From Mobula hypostoma (lineage: Eukaryota), in contig NC_086097.1 in assembly GCF_963921235.1 (NCBI RefSeq), positions 39,372,001 through 39,436,000 on the forward strand: 64,000 nt of DNA. Direction: 5' to 3'. How positions within the stretch are numbered: position 1 is the first letter of the stretch; each line of letters opens with the position of its first letter. Below the pieces are notes generated by a model, which did not search any database, had not been told where the DNA came from, and saw only the letters and a program-made list of their open reading frames with translations. The position numbers and the translations under genes are program-made. This document shows, in pieces, positions 39,056 to 52,342 of this stretch.

Positions 39056-39998
39056 CATGGGCTCCACAGGGGACTGTCTTGTCTCCCTTTCTCTTCACCA
39101 TTTACACCTCGGACTTCAACTACTGCACAGAGTCTTGTCATCTTCAGAAGTTTTCTGATGACTCTGCCATAGTTGGATGCATCAGCAAGGGAGATGAGGC
39201 AGAGTACAGGGCTACGGTAAGAAACTTTGTCACATGGTGTGAGCAGAATTATCTGCAGCTTAATGTGAAAAAGACTTAAGGAGCTGGTGGTAGACCTGAG
39301 GTGGGCTAAGGTACTGATGACCTCTGTTTCCATCCAGGGAGTCAGTGTGGACATGGTGGAGGATCACAAATACCTGGGGATACGAATTGACAATAAACTG
39401 GACTGGTCAAAGAACACTGAGGCTGCCTACAAGAAGGGTCAGAGCCGTCTCTATTTCCTGAGGAGACTGAGGTCCTTTAACATCTGTTGGACGATGCTGA
39501 GGATGTTCTACGAGTCTGTGGTGGCCAGTGCTATCATGTTTGATGTTGTGTGCTGGGGCAGCAGGCTGAGGGTAGCAGATACCAACAGAATCAACAAACT
39601 CATTCGTAAGGCCAGTGATGTTGTGGGGATGGAACTGAACTCTGTGACGGTGGTATCTGAAAAGAGGATGCTGTCCAAGTTGCATGCCATCTTGGACAAT
39701 GTCTCCCATCCACTACATAATGTACTGGTTGGGCACAGGAGTACATTCAGCCAGAGACTCATTCCACCGAGATGCAACACTGAGTGTCATAGGAAGTCAT
39801 TCCTGCTTGTGGCCATCAAACTTTACAACTCCTCCCTTGGAGGGTCAGACACCCTGAGTCCTGGACTTATTTCCTGGCATAATTTACATATTAGTATTTA
39901 ATTATTTATGGTTTTATTACTATTTAATTATTTATGGTGCAACTGTAACGAAAACCAATTTCCCTTGGGATCAATAAAGTATGACTATGACTATGACT
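39056..39998 (+). mobile_element. Rex1/L2-like LINE 3' part
   Basis: GAPQGTVLSPFLFTIYT, KFSDDSAIVG, KGQSRLYFLRRL; (TATGAC)n tail. Confidence 0.85.
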
Positions 39999-40579
39999 AA
40001 AATAGGAAGAGCTGTGAAATCAAAGAAATTATATTCCGTATTTTTTGCTCATTACCCCCCCTCACGGATTTGCACGATTTATGGTTTTTTGCCCGTTTGG
40101 GGCTTGATGTTTTTATTTGAACAGCTTCCATGGCTTTTGCTTGCTTTGTGGCTGTCTGTGGGAAAATGAATCTTAGGGTCGCATATTGCATACATACTTT
40201 GAAACTTTACAAAGCATAACAAATAGAAAATAAGATCACGGTCAAAACAAATTTCCTCCAAGAGGATCAAACAAGCAGGGTTTGGAGACTTGTGTGCCTC
40301 AATGAATGGAGAGCTATGTTGGGTCTTGTGCTTTGGCTCTTGGTAGGGTCACCCATGCCAAATAAGTCAAAGGGTAGAGGCCAGACAGAGGTGCCCACCT
40401 GTCCTTCAGGCTCGGGGGTTCAGCTCAGGGCTAACAACTGGACTGTTAAAAAAAAATTGTTACAGAAATAGGCTGCCCTAAATGCCAGTGGCATAACAGG
40501 CAGTAACTAACTCAAAACAAATTTGATAGTCATTTGAATGAAAACATTAAAACCATATTGAAAAGTCTACTGATGATAC

Positions 40580-40738
40580 CTTCATGTCCTGAAAGTTTAA
40601 TTGCAGATAATTGAGAGTGTTGATTGTTAACTTCCATATTTTGTTTCATTTGTAAGAAAGTTTTGGCTGGGGAATATGGCATCACAGAATCACAGTTCTT
40701 CATGGGTGAAATGTGACATCTGTCCAATGGATTGGGGA
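40580..40738 (-). CDS. MIS18BP1: MIS18BP1 coding exon 2
   Basis: ttgcAG acceptor 40740-40739, AAG|GTATC donor; 159 nt, phase 1 to 1; contains YSPAKTFLQMK. Confidence 0.85.
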
Positions 40739-41299
40739 CTGCAATCAACCATAAATATGCATTAGACATTTAGCTAAGATATATATTAAACACTCCGATA
40801 TCTGCTTTAAATTGAGAATATATGTTGTCAAAGCTTATTTCCTATAACACCACATAACTTTTGTTGATTTCAAATGGGTCTGGTGGAATGAAGAATTTTA
40901 TGGACAATATCAATTTTTTTTTCTGAAAATCATTTTTTTAAGCATTGGTCCCCCAAAATTTGAAATATCAGTATATTTAAGTACCAGTATAATGAAAATG
41001 GGATCGACAAATACATTTTTACCAACAAACAATCTGTTGGAGGAACTCAGTCGGTCGAGCAGCATTTGTGGGGTGGGATACAAACAGTTGATGTTTCAGG
41101 TCAAATTCTGCATCAATAAATTTGCACACATGCTATTAAATATTGTAGGAATAACTTCATATTCTATATGATAAACAGAAGAAAACATTTGTATTTTATC
41201 AAATGTTTGTGCAATAATACAGGATGAATACTAGAAAACAGTGGCAAATTTTAAATATCCAGTCAATTATAGACAACATCAATTAATAATACTTCATAC

Positions 41300-41813
41300 C
41301 TGTAAAGCTGGTTTTTAAGATGCATCCATTCATAGTGGCATCAGAATATTGTTCGGATTCTTTACATTCAAAAGTTGTTTTTTGCGATTTTTGAAGATTG
41401 TGATTTTCAGTTATCTGATCACAGTGAAGCTTGCCTTTCATTCTCTGGAATGTTTTGGCAGGGCTCTCAGAGGCCACTTGTTTATTCAATTTGAATCCAA
41501 GAGGATTAAAGTGACTTTGGTCTATATTTGCACAAACTGAAATTGAATCAGAATCTTTTATTTCACTGAGTTCTGGAGAAATTACATTATATGTCCCTTC
41601 ATTGTTTAACAATGTGGACTGAAGGTGACAATTAATTTTAGATTTTTTATTTTTAAATGTCACTAAGTTGAATTTGGCTGTAGATACAGAATTGGTACCC
41701 AACTGAGTATTTGATGAGCCACGCTGAAGTTTACGTAATTCCTTTAAAGGGGTACCATTTGGAATCTCATGAAGAGGTATTCCTTTACGAGCTGTTTTCT
41801 CTCCTATATCCAT
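41300..41813 (-). CDS. MIS18BP1: MIS18BP1 first coding exon (ATG 41813; exon probably starts at 41925)
   Basis: MDIGEK..IPLHEIPNGTPLKELRKLQ and ESPAKTFQRMK resemble the human M18BP1 N-terminal motifs as I recall them; donor CAG|GTATGA at 41299. Confidence 0.85.
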
Positions 41814-42904
41814 TTCAGTACCTTGGAGAATTTTCTTCTTGCATGGATTAACAGACAAAATGAAAATATGATTGTTTTCCTTTTCACTTCCAATACTCCT
41901 CACAACTTACATTGTGCACACGAATCTGTAAATGAAAAAACGTTGACGCGATGCCTCAAAAATCTATTTACGTTTTGGATGAAAAATCCATTTGCTGTGA
42001 TGCAAGGGGAAAAAAAATTACCTAACAAAATTACCTCAAATTTTTCCTAATTTTCAGATCTAGTAAAATTTGCCTTTTTTAACAATTACAAGTTTAAAAG
42101 TAAAAACCAAACACATCCTCTCTAGAAAATGCCAAATAATGACTAAAAAGATTTATTAGGATGGATAAGGTATTTGAATAGTTATTCCCAACTGATAAAC
42201 TGCATAGCATTTATAAGAAGTTTTATTTTCCAGACAGACCACTGGATCAGATAAACTAAAGCCATCCACAGTACAGCACTATTAATTATAATTTTTTAAA
42301 TTAATTTAACCCAGTATTTAATCTTTCCCTACAGACCTGCAACTTCTCTACAACTCTACTGAAGTAAAATTAACCCAGGTTCGTGCAGATAATATGATAA
42401 CATCTCAATTCAGATCAAGAAACAATTAGTTCTCTTATAATAATGGTGGAATCAACTTTTTTGTTGGAGGGTGTGTGGGGGAGATTGTTAGATCTCTTTG
42501 CTTGAAGCATGTAAATATCTGCATTCACAGCCTCTTATACTATGCTAACTGTATAAATAAAACTGGCTTTCATAATGTTGGACTAATCTATTGGAAGTCT
42601 TGGAGTGGCAGAGTAGAAATGGAGGAACCAGTTGGTATATTTAGATCTTTCGAAGACTTTCACTAAAGGTCTCATGCAGGAGGTTGGTCAACGATGTTAG
42701 AACATACAATTGTACAGGAATGTTGGGGAGGTAGTACCTGGTGTACCATGTATAGTTTTGTCCATTTAAAGATATAGTTGCTTTGGAAATGGTCTGGAAG
42801 AAGTTCATTGAATTAATTCCCAAAGAAAAGAAGGTTGTCCTAATATGAATGGCAAAAAAAAAATCAGTATTTTGTTTGGAATTTAGAAGTAAGATTGATG
42901 TAAT

Positions 42905-43442
42905 CATCAAGAATGCTCTTCTTTGTTAGGAGCTTAAGGAGATTGTATATGTTCCAAAGACTCTTACAGATTTCTATAGATATACGGTAGAGAGCATTCT
43001 GACTGGTTGCATCACAGCCTGGTATGGAGGCTCCAATGCACAAGATCCCAAAAAAACCTTTTGGGATCACATGCATTGGAGTCTCCATATTAGGATGTGA
43101 TGCTTCTAGACTCAGCCAGCTCCATCACACGAACAACCCTCCCCATTGAGGGCACCTTCAGGAGGAGGAGGACCGTCAACACCCCTGCGTCCATTACTGA
43201 GGGCCCTCATCATATGGGACGTACCTCTTCTCATTACTTCCACTGAGTAGGAAGTTCAGGAGCCTAAAGACCCACACTCAATGATTCAGAAACAACATCT
43301 TCCCCTCCACCATCAGATTTCTAAATGATCATAATTTTTTATTTATTTTTCTAATTTATAGTGATTTAATCTTTGGACTATATTGCCACTGCAAAACAAG
43401 AAATTTCACATCATAAGTCAGTACTAATAAATTTGATTCTGA
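42905..43442 (+). mobile_element. Rex1/Babar-like 3' fragment
   Basis: gagagcattctgactggttgcatcacagcctggtatgg (ESILTGCITAWYG) and 3' tail aataaa..tgattctgat. Confidence 0.7.
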
Positions 43443-44819
43443 TGATCCAAGGAGATGAAACTGGTGGCAGACCATGCACGATCATATTTATAATTATGCC
43501 CGCCTAAGGGCTATGTAGCTTGTTCCTGCTATTTCCTGGTACACCCTTGTTTTAGAATTGGTTACCTGACAAAAGTAAAGAAGTGGAATAAACAGATAAC
43601 AGGATATTGGGGTACTACAATTATGATTGTCAGGTCCTCACCTATTCAAGACCTAAATCACTATTATTTATATATATTTCCATCTTTGCTGCTGATTAAA
43701 AACAAACTAATTGATATCTAGTATAGAGAATGACAAGAGGGTTCTAAGTGATAGTCAAGCTAAAGAATGTGTAAGAATAGGGCAGTATCAATATAATGTG
43801 GGAAAATGTTAATTTATCTACTCCAGTGCACAAACAGCAAAACAGGAAGTTTAAAAATGGTGAGAGACTGGGTAACATGAAGTAGATGAAAGTGACATGT
43901 TGGCATTCATCGTGAGAGAGTATGAGCTGAAGAGAAAGATGTCTTATTGAAAGTATATAGGGCCTTGACGAGAGTACATTTGAAGTAACTTATACAGATT
44001 TAGGGTACTTACCTAAAAAACGTTGGATATTAAGGGAATAAAGGAATGAATGACAGAGTAGAGCCAAAGGCCCACCCTTGCTCCTACTTCTGTCCTTACT
44101 AACCACAGAACATTGGCAAACTGGATCCATGATTTGAACTCAGTGGACCTCTGGATCCAAAATGGCTTGGTGATAAGAGGCAGAGTGGCCAATAATGTTT
44201 TTCTCACTGGAAGTCTATTGCAGGCCACTTACAGTAGGGATCAGTGTTGGGACCTTTATTATTTTGATATACTGTACAGTGGATCACGGTTAATTGGACA
44301 CATTGGTACCAGTATATTCTGGCCCAATTAAGTGGCTGCCGATTAGCTGAAGTTTCATGGAATAGTTAAAAAGGTATTAAAAAAAGACAAACTGACATTT
44401 AATTGAGCAAGAAATTATATATTTAAATGAAATACAGAACAAATTAGAGCACTACCAAAACTACAGCAGTACTATAGAATGGTGTATTAGTTCCTAATAG
44501 TTATTGACAGAAGAATCCATTCAGTGTACACTGCTGTGTTCTTTTGACTGACTGAAAATGAACAAAATCAGAGCAGACACCTAGTGCAGATTGCAGGCTG
44601 CCTTCATACAATTTCGACTGCATCCTCCAAATCTTCATTTTCATTCTAACATTCCAAATGATTGTCAATACCTTTAAAATCTTCATTGTTCCTAACTTGT
44701 TGAAGTAGTGAAATCATTTCATTTTCACTCCTGGCCATTTCTGGCATTTCCAAGCCTGAATCCTTGAAAGCGCAGTGAGCAAAACAAATCTGAATTGTTT
44801 TACTGTTAATGACTTGTCA

Positions 44820-46856
44820 ATAGACAATAGACAATAGGTGCAGGAGTAGGCCATTCAGCCCTTCAAGCCAGCACCACCATTCACTGTGATCATGGCTGAT
44901 CATCCACAATCAGTACCCTGTTCCTGCCTTCTCCCCATACCCCTTCACTCCGCTAACTTTAAGAGCGCTATCAAACTCTTTCTTGAAAGAATCCAGAGAA
45001 TTGGCCTCCACTGCCTTCTGAGGCAGAGCATTCCACAGAACCACAACCCTCTGTGTGAAAAAGTTTTTCCTCAACTCCGTTCTAAATTGTCTACCCCTTA
45101 TTCTTAAACTGTGGCCTCTGGTTCTGGACTCCCCCAACATTGGGACCACGTTTCCTGCCTCTAGCGTGTCCAATCCCTTAATAATCTTTTATGTTTCAAT
45201 CAGATCCCCTCTCATCCTTCTAAATTCCAGTGTATACAAGTCCAGTTGCTCCAATCTTTCAACATATGACAGTCCCGCCATCCGGGAATTAACCTCGTGA
45301 ACTTACGCTGCACTCCCTCAATAGCTAGAATGTCCTTCCTCAAATTTGGAGACCAAAACTGTACACAATACTCCAGGTGTGGTCTCACCAGGGCCCTGTA
45401 CAACTGCAGAAGGACCTCTTTGCTCCTATACTCAACTCTCCTTGTTATGAAGGCCAATATGCCATTAGCTTTCTTCACTGCCTGCTGTACCTGCATGCTT
45501 ACTTTCAGTGACTGATGAACAAGGACACCTAGATCTCGTTGTACTTCCCCTTTTCCTACTTGACACCATTCAGATAGTAATCTGCCTTCCTGTTCTTGCC
45601 ACCAAAGTGGATAACCTCACATTTATCCACATTAAACTGCATCTGCCATGCATCTGCCCACTCACCCAACCTGTCCAAGTCACCCTGCATTCTCATAACA
45701 TCCTCCTCACATTTCACACTGCCACGCAGCTTTGTGTCATCTGCAAATTTGCTAATGTTACTTTTAATCCCTTCATCTAAATCATTAATGTATATTGTAA
45801 ATAGCTGCAGTCCCAGCACCGAGCCTTGCAATACCCCACTAGTCACTGCCTGCCATTCTGAAAAGGACCCATTAATCCCTACTCTTTGTTTACTGTCTGC
45901 CAACCAATTTTCTATCCATGTCAGTACCCTACTCCCAATACCATTTGCTCTAATTTTGCACACTAACCTCCTATGTGGGACCTTATCAAAGGCTTTCTGA
46001 AAGTCCAGGTACACTACATCCACTGGCTTTCCCAGGTCCATTTTCATAGTTACATTCTCAAAAAATTCCAGATGATTAGTCAAACACGATTTCCCCTTCG
46101 TAAATCCATGCTGACTCGGACCTATCCTGCCACTGCTATCCAAATATGCCACTATTTCATCTTTTATAATCGATTCCAGCATCTTCCCCACCACTGATGT
46201 CAGACAAACTGGTCTATAATTGCCTGTTTTCTCTCTTCCTCCTTTCTTAAAAAGTGGGATAAGATTAGCTACCCTCCAATCCGCAGGAACTGATCCTGAA
46301 TCTATAGAACATTGGAAACTGATTACCAATGCGTCCACGATTTCTAGAGCCACCTCCTTAAGTACCCTGGGATGCAGACCATCAGGCCCTGGGGATTTAT
46401 CAGCCTTCAGTCCCATCAGTTTACCCATTTTCTGCCTAATGCGAATTTCCTTCAGTTCCTCTGTTACCCTAGGTCCTCTGGCCACTATTACATCTGGGAG
46501 ATTGTTTGTGTCTTCCCTGTGAAGACAGATCCAAAGTACCTGTTCAGCTCCTCTGCCATTTCCTCGTTCCCCATAATAATTTCACCCCTTTCTGTCTTCA
46601 AGGGCCCAACTTTGGTCTTAACTAATTTTTTTCCTCTTCACATACCTAAAGAAGCTTTTACTATCCTCCTTTATATTCTTGGCTAGCTTATCTTCGTACC
46701 TCATCTTTTCCCCCTGTATTGCCTTTTTAGTTATCTTCTGTTGCTCCTTAAAAGTCTCCCAATCCTCTGGCTTCCCGCTCATCCTTACTATGTTACACTT
46801 CCTCTCTTTTATTTTAATATTGTCCTTGACTTCCTTTGTCATCCATGGTCACTGCT
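44820..46856 (-). mobile_element. 5'-truncated CR1 LINE
   Basis: ORF 45556-46485 RT (KSPGPDG, YLDFQKAFDKV, KFADDTK); frameshifts; short tandem tail near 44820. Confidence 0.93.
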
Positions 46857-46968
46857 TTTTGAACACAAACACGCAAGTGACCCTATTTAAAAACTGTTCA
46901 CTCTAAGCACACTGAAGTGTCTTTACGGCCACATGACGTGTGTGAGACTGATGACAGTTAGAAAATGT

Positions 46969-47733
46969 GCAGGCCCTCTTAGCGGCAAGTAAGAAATCAA
47001 TCACTAGAAAATGGCTAAATCCAATACCACCTACATTAGAAGATTGGTACGAAATTATCTTGGAAATATTTAAAATGGAAAAGTTGACCTACTCCCTGAG
47101 AACTCAAAAAGAAACATTTTATCAAATCTGGAATAAATGGATTGAATATATAACCCCAAAGCGAGCAGACTTTAGATGACTCTCCTAATGATTTATATTG
47201 CTCTTCTCATCAACACAGTAATATTGCTAACGTAAGCACCCCTAGTCTAAATGTTTGTTGGTTTTTTTTTATGGAAAATAGAGAATTATCACAAGTAAAG
47301 GGAAAGATTTGGGAAAGGGATAAAAAAAAATGAAAAAATTAAGTAAATGAGTACATAGGGATTGGATAATTATGTCTGCGGGCAGGAACAAGCACGAACA
47401 AATTGGGATATAAACACCTACAATGGTTGGTATATAGGCTTGTATGCAACATTTTGGACCAGTGGAAATGGTCCAGAAGGGTTGTATGGAAACTATTATT
47501 ACCATTTTTCTTAACAACTAATTTCATTACTTAGCCTAATAGGTTAGATTTACCACAGTACATAATTATCTATTTAAATGTTTATTTTGCTTTTATATCA
47601 TCTCAATGTGTACTTAAGAATGTATAAATAATTGTAGTTTTATACATATAAAAAAATGGAAAAGGTTATATGTGTGAAAAAAGTACATGATAATTGTGAA
47701 CTCCTTATCCAAATAAAAATAATTAAAAAAAAA
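46969..47733 (+). mobile_element. L1-like 3' fragment with long 3'UTR and poly-A
   Basis: LLAASKKSITRKW...MEKLTY...IWNKWIEY; 16-bp TSD GACAGTTAGAAAATGT (46953-46968, 47734-47749). Confidence 0.88.
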
Positions 47734-48140
47734 GACAGTTAGAAAATGTTCGACAACAATCCCCTGCCCCAAATAAGCAACACAGTGTCCCAAATAAACG
47801 CAAAGAATCCCGGCTATTTTCTCAATTTAGTTTGTTTCTTGAAGAATTGTCCCAGGTAAACAGATGCCCAGATTAAACGATAGCTCAATTAACCAGAATC
47901 CCTGTACATGACATGGATTTGCAGAAAATATACATAACTGGCGGAGTCAGAGAGTGAAGAAGTTTGATTAAGGATACAGCATGACAAAGATGAACTGGAA
48001 AGTCATGTGCAAGTTAAAGACCACCATGACATCTTCTGTTCCATTCATTCATGCATCAGATGTTTCTCGGTTTATTGCCCATGCCATTGTAATATTATGA
48101 TTTGATGAAAAAGGGTCTAGTGCTTTTCCAGTGTATATTA

Positions 48141-48454
48141 TGAATAAACTCTTCTTGGGCTTCCAGCTGGGTACCAGTGTCACTTTTAACTGACAAACTC
48201 TTCTATCTTCAGTGGGGTGATGCCTAGGCATGTCTAGTCTGGAGGTACTTATACCCCTGTCATCCATCCCTCCTGATTGGTTGGTCCTCATCCAATCAGG
48301 TGTAAGCTGGAATAGGAACTGAAAATTGATTGTAAACAAGGTGGCACAGTGGAAACCTGATTGGATGAGGATTAATAAAGATGGCAGAGTTTGTCATTGA
48401 AACCGATTAAAATTGACACCTGTACCCGGCTGGAGGCCGAGAAGAGTTTATTCA
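48141..48454. mobile_element. Short inverted-repeat element, probably from a second Penelope-like family
   Basis: TGAATAAACTCTTCT...TTTTAA (48141-48190) is the approximate reverse complement of 48407-48454; eroded CTGAAGA/GAAAC remnants. Confidence 0.55.
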
Positions 48455-49899
48455 ATGGCCTATGGTCAACTCCCACCAGCGATTTGTTCCCTTTCTTAAT
48501 CCTAATCTCTTCTCAGATTCTACCGCTTAGAATTTATATCATCTCTCGCTATTTCCCTGATCTTATCCTTATTTAAGAGCACTACGCCAGCTCCCTTGCC
48601 TTTCTACCTATCCTTCTGTATTACCTGAAGCCTTTGGATATTTAATTGCCAATCATCTCCACCCTGCAACCATGTTTCTGTAATGGCCACTAAATCATAA
48701 GCTTTGTAGTGATTTACGACACATTCACCAAATCTGCTTCCAATACTATGGCCATTCAGATAATGTGTCCTTACACACATTGTCTTTTATGAATTCAGCA
48801 ACCTTTGCGTCCTTTGCATATGACTTTTCTGTATTCTATTGTGATTTTTCTCCATTCTCACTTTTGCTTCCCTCAGAGTTGGACTGTGGTTGGGTGCTTC
48901 CAGGATGCTGCATCGGCAAGTTGGCGGCACTGGAAGCTCATGGCAGGGAGTTTCTCCCTTCTACTGTCTGCGTGAGATGTTGGGGCTATCGGGACTTTAA
49001 GACTTTTTTTTTACCGTGCCCATGGTCTGCTCTTATCAAATTATGGTATTGCTTTGCACTGTTGTAACTATATGTTATAATTATGTGTTTTTTGTCAGTT
49101 TTAGTCTTGGTCTGTCGTGTTTCTGTGATATCATACTGGAGGAAAATTGTATCATTTTTTAACGCATGCATTTCTAAATGACAACAAATGAGAACTGAGT
49201 GCCCTCATAATCTAATCTAATCTCTGTTGTTCTGCCAGGATTCCCATTCACCTGCCATTTAACGTAAACCCACCCCAACAGCACTAGCAAACAACCCTTG
49301 AGGACATTGCCGATTTAGTTTGTGGATAAGAAATTAATACAAGAATGAGAGATTTCACCTAGTGTCCAAAAGGCTTTTGATCTCAGACCAAAATACAGAT
49401 AGTTAACCAAGTAGTCACAGGTCTGGAGTCAAGTATTCCAAAGATTCGAAACATACACCTCAATCCAAAAAGGAGCCCCTATTGAAATGATATGTCATCT
49501 GCTCAGTTCCCAGCTGGAGGTAACAGTCTGCCGATAATGATCTTGTCAATTTCCTTCAGAAAGGGAAGTCATGCCAAGATTCCCTCTTCTATAATTCCAC
49601 AGAAAATTTATTCATTTTATAAAGGCAGGCAAGTTAGATGATAACGAAGCACAACATTCTAGTCAGAAATCCATTTAGATTTAGTAAAGATCCACCTAGC
49701 CAACTAATTAAATGTCTGTCTCAATTTATTGAGCTTTTGTCCAATTCATTAGTCCTGAGTGCATTTCAGTGAGTGAAATGTGAATTCCTGGTTATCTTTC
49801 TACAAAACACCAAACAATGAACAAGCTGTCTGTAATACAAAACATAAGAAGCGTTACTGGTGAGACAACTGGTAACAACCGAAATCAAGACTGGTTAAA

Positions 49900-50400
49900 T
49901 TCCCCTGCAATAATTAAGCGGGCAAGCGGTTTCTGAAGAGGTCCAAGGCAGTCTGGTAACCCACATCAGCTTAGCCTGGTATCATTGGGAGCTGATGCTC
50001 GACAGGGGCACAAAAGACATGCGGCTCACGCAACCGATTGTTATTGCAAGCCGGGCTGTCCCAGTGACCCGCACACTGTTATTGCCAATATAGCGCCACA
50101 CTAAGTGGAGGCGTTAGCTAAGACCTATAGGGAGCCGCCGGATGTGTCACCACCACTCCCGTTTACCACCGCACCATAACTACCCTTCTCCCCAGGACCT
50201 GCCAAAACATTTCGGTCACTACTCACCAGCAGAACCCAAACCCTCCATTTCTAACGGGCAGGATCGTCAGGGACATTCGAATCTGGGCTTTCGACGCCGA
50301 TTGGTCCTCGTATCCATGACGTACTTTGCCTGCGACAAGGTACTGACTGAACCATTTCCCCTTGTGAGCAGCCCTTCATGGTGCGTGCCTTCTTTTTAAA
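49900..50400. promoter_or_regulatory. CpG-rich promoter with CHR-like TTCGAA (50276-50281), CCAAT box (50300-50304, minus strand) and CRE-like TGACGTA (50317-50323)
   Basis: Motifs read directly; CCAAT plus CHR next to the TSS is the known layout of DREAM/MMB cell-cycle promoters. Confidence 0.6.
50227..50275 (-). other. MIS18BP1: Putative non-coding first exon of MIS18BP1 (5' end uncertain)
   Basis: Strong donor CTG|GTGAGT at 50226-50221 in the only clearly CpG-rich non-repeat segment, just downstream of CHR/CCAAT motifs. Confidence 0.6.
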
Positions 50401-50649
50401 GAAATATTTTAAGTTTACTTAAAATACTCTGCTTGTGTTCCTATTAAGATTATTTTGAGGAAACAGCAAGTGAAATCCATGGCTTTAGAAATATGAGCAT
50501 AGACATAGAGCAAAAGCTGGAACATTTTGGACATTTTTTTAAGAACGCGGGATCAATGCTTGCAAAGGATTCTGATGTGATTAGTTAGCAAATTGGTATA
50601 TGAAGCTTCACTGATATAGAATGCGAGGCTTTTTGCTGCTAATGGTAAG

Positions 50650-51310
50650 AAGAATTTGGAGCAGCACACTCAAAATGCTAGATGAACTCCGCAGGTCAGG
50701 CAATGGCAATGAATAAACAGTAAACGTTTTGTGCGGAGACCCTTCATCAGGACTGGAAAGGAAAGGTGAAGAAGCCAGAATAAAAAGGTGGAGTAGGGGA
50801 AGGAGTTCAAGATGGAAGGTCATGTGTCAAGCCAGGTGGGTGCGTAAGGGGGCTGAAGTAAGAAGCAAGGGGGTAATAGGTGGAAAAGGTAAAGTACTGG
50901 AGAAAAAGGAACATGATAGGCGAGCGGACCACCGGGGGAGGTGATAGGTGAGGAGAAGAGGAAAGCCACAGTAGGGAATGGAAGAAGAGGGAAGGGGAAA
51001 AATTACTGGAAGTTAGAGAAGTCATGCTATCAGATTGAAGTCTACCCAACCTTCAAGGAGGAGATTACTTCTCCAGCACTCTACGTTTTCCACCAACTAC
51101 CTCCCTATGCCTCACTTCACCTATGACCTTCTAGATTGTACTCCTTCCCCTACCCTCTTATTCTGGCTTCTTTCCCCTTCCTTTCCAATCCTGATGAAGG
51201 ATCTAGGCCCAAAACATCGACTGCTAATTCACTTTCATAGATGCTGCCTGGCCTCCAGCATTCTGTACGTGTTGCTCTGGATTTCCAGCAACTGCAGAAT
51301 CTCTTGTGTT
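50650..51310. mobile_element. Old inverted pair of Penelope-like 3' ends
   Basis: Minus arm about 50650-51050, plus arm about 51090-51310; each has CTGATGA-AGG with an eroded GAAA. Confidence 0.7.
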
Positions 51311-52342
51311 TTAGAAACTGGAGCAGACCATTCTGCCTCTGATCTGGTGCAACACAATTTGCCTGCACAACTGTTATCCCCATATTTCTAGGCTTCTGTA
51401 CTATTAAGATATCCTTTGTCTTGAGTGCAATTAAGACTTTGATATTTAAGAGAATTTTTAACACTATGAATGGATTTTGATTGAGTACATAAGGAAAGTA
51501 TTTACAATAAGGGTCACACTAATTTAAGATAACCAAACACCTCACATTCTGTGTGGGTAGCCACTAACCTGTTGGCATGAACATTGATTTCTCTAATCTA
51601 TGGCAATTACCCCCCTTCCCCCTTTTCCCATTCCCCATTTTGGTCACCCTCAGCCACCTGCCCAGCAACTCCCTGTGGTTCCCCTCCACTTTCCCTTACT
51701 CCCATGGCTAATTGTCCTCTCTCCTTGTGTCTAACCAAACTTAGAGAGGTTTTTGAGGAAGTTACCAGGAAAGTTGATGAAGGCACGGCAGTGGATGTTG
51801 TCTACATGGACTTCAGCAAGGCATTTGACAGGGTCCCGCATGGGAGGTTGGCCAAGAAGGTTCAGTTGCTTGGGATTCAAGATGAGGTAGTAAATTGGGG
51901 ATTAGACATTGGCTGGAGAAGCTGGAGTGTGATAGTAGATGGTTGCCTCTCTGACTAGAGGCCTGTGACTAGTGGAGTGCCACAGGGTCCTTTCTTGTTT
52001 GTTATCTATATCAGAATCAGGTTTATTATCACTGGCATGTGTCATGAAATTTGTTAACTTAGCAGCAGCAGTTCAATGCAATACGTAATATAGAAGGAAA
52101 AAACACAAAATAAAATAATAATAAGTAAATCAATTACAATATACTATATTGAATAGGTTAAAATTGTACAAAAAACAGAAATAATATATATTAAAAAAGT
52201 GAGGTGGTGTCTAAGGATTCAATGTCCATTTAGGAATCGGATGGCAGAGGGGAAGAAGCTGTTCCTGAATCTCCTGATGGTAACAGTGAGAAAAGGGCAT
52301 GCCCTGGGTGCTGGGGGTCCTTAATAATGGACGCTGCCTTTC

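Larger units (their letters stand above)
44277..47904. mobile_element. Tigger-like non-autonomous DNA element hosting CR1 and L1 insertions
   Basis: TA|CAGTGGATCACGGTTAATTG ... CAATTAACCAGAATCCCTG|TA imperfect terminal inverted repeats. Confidence 0.7.
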
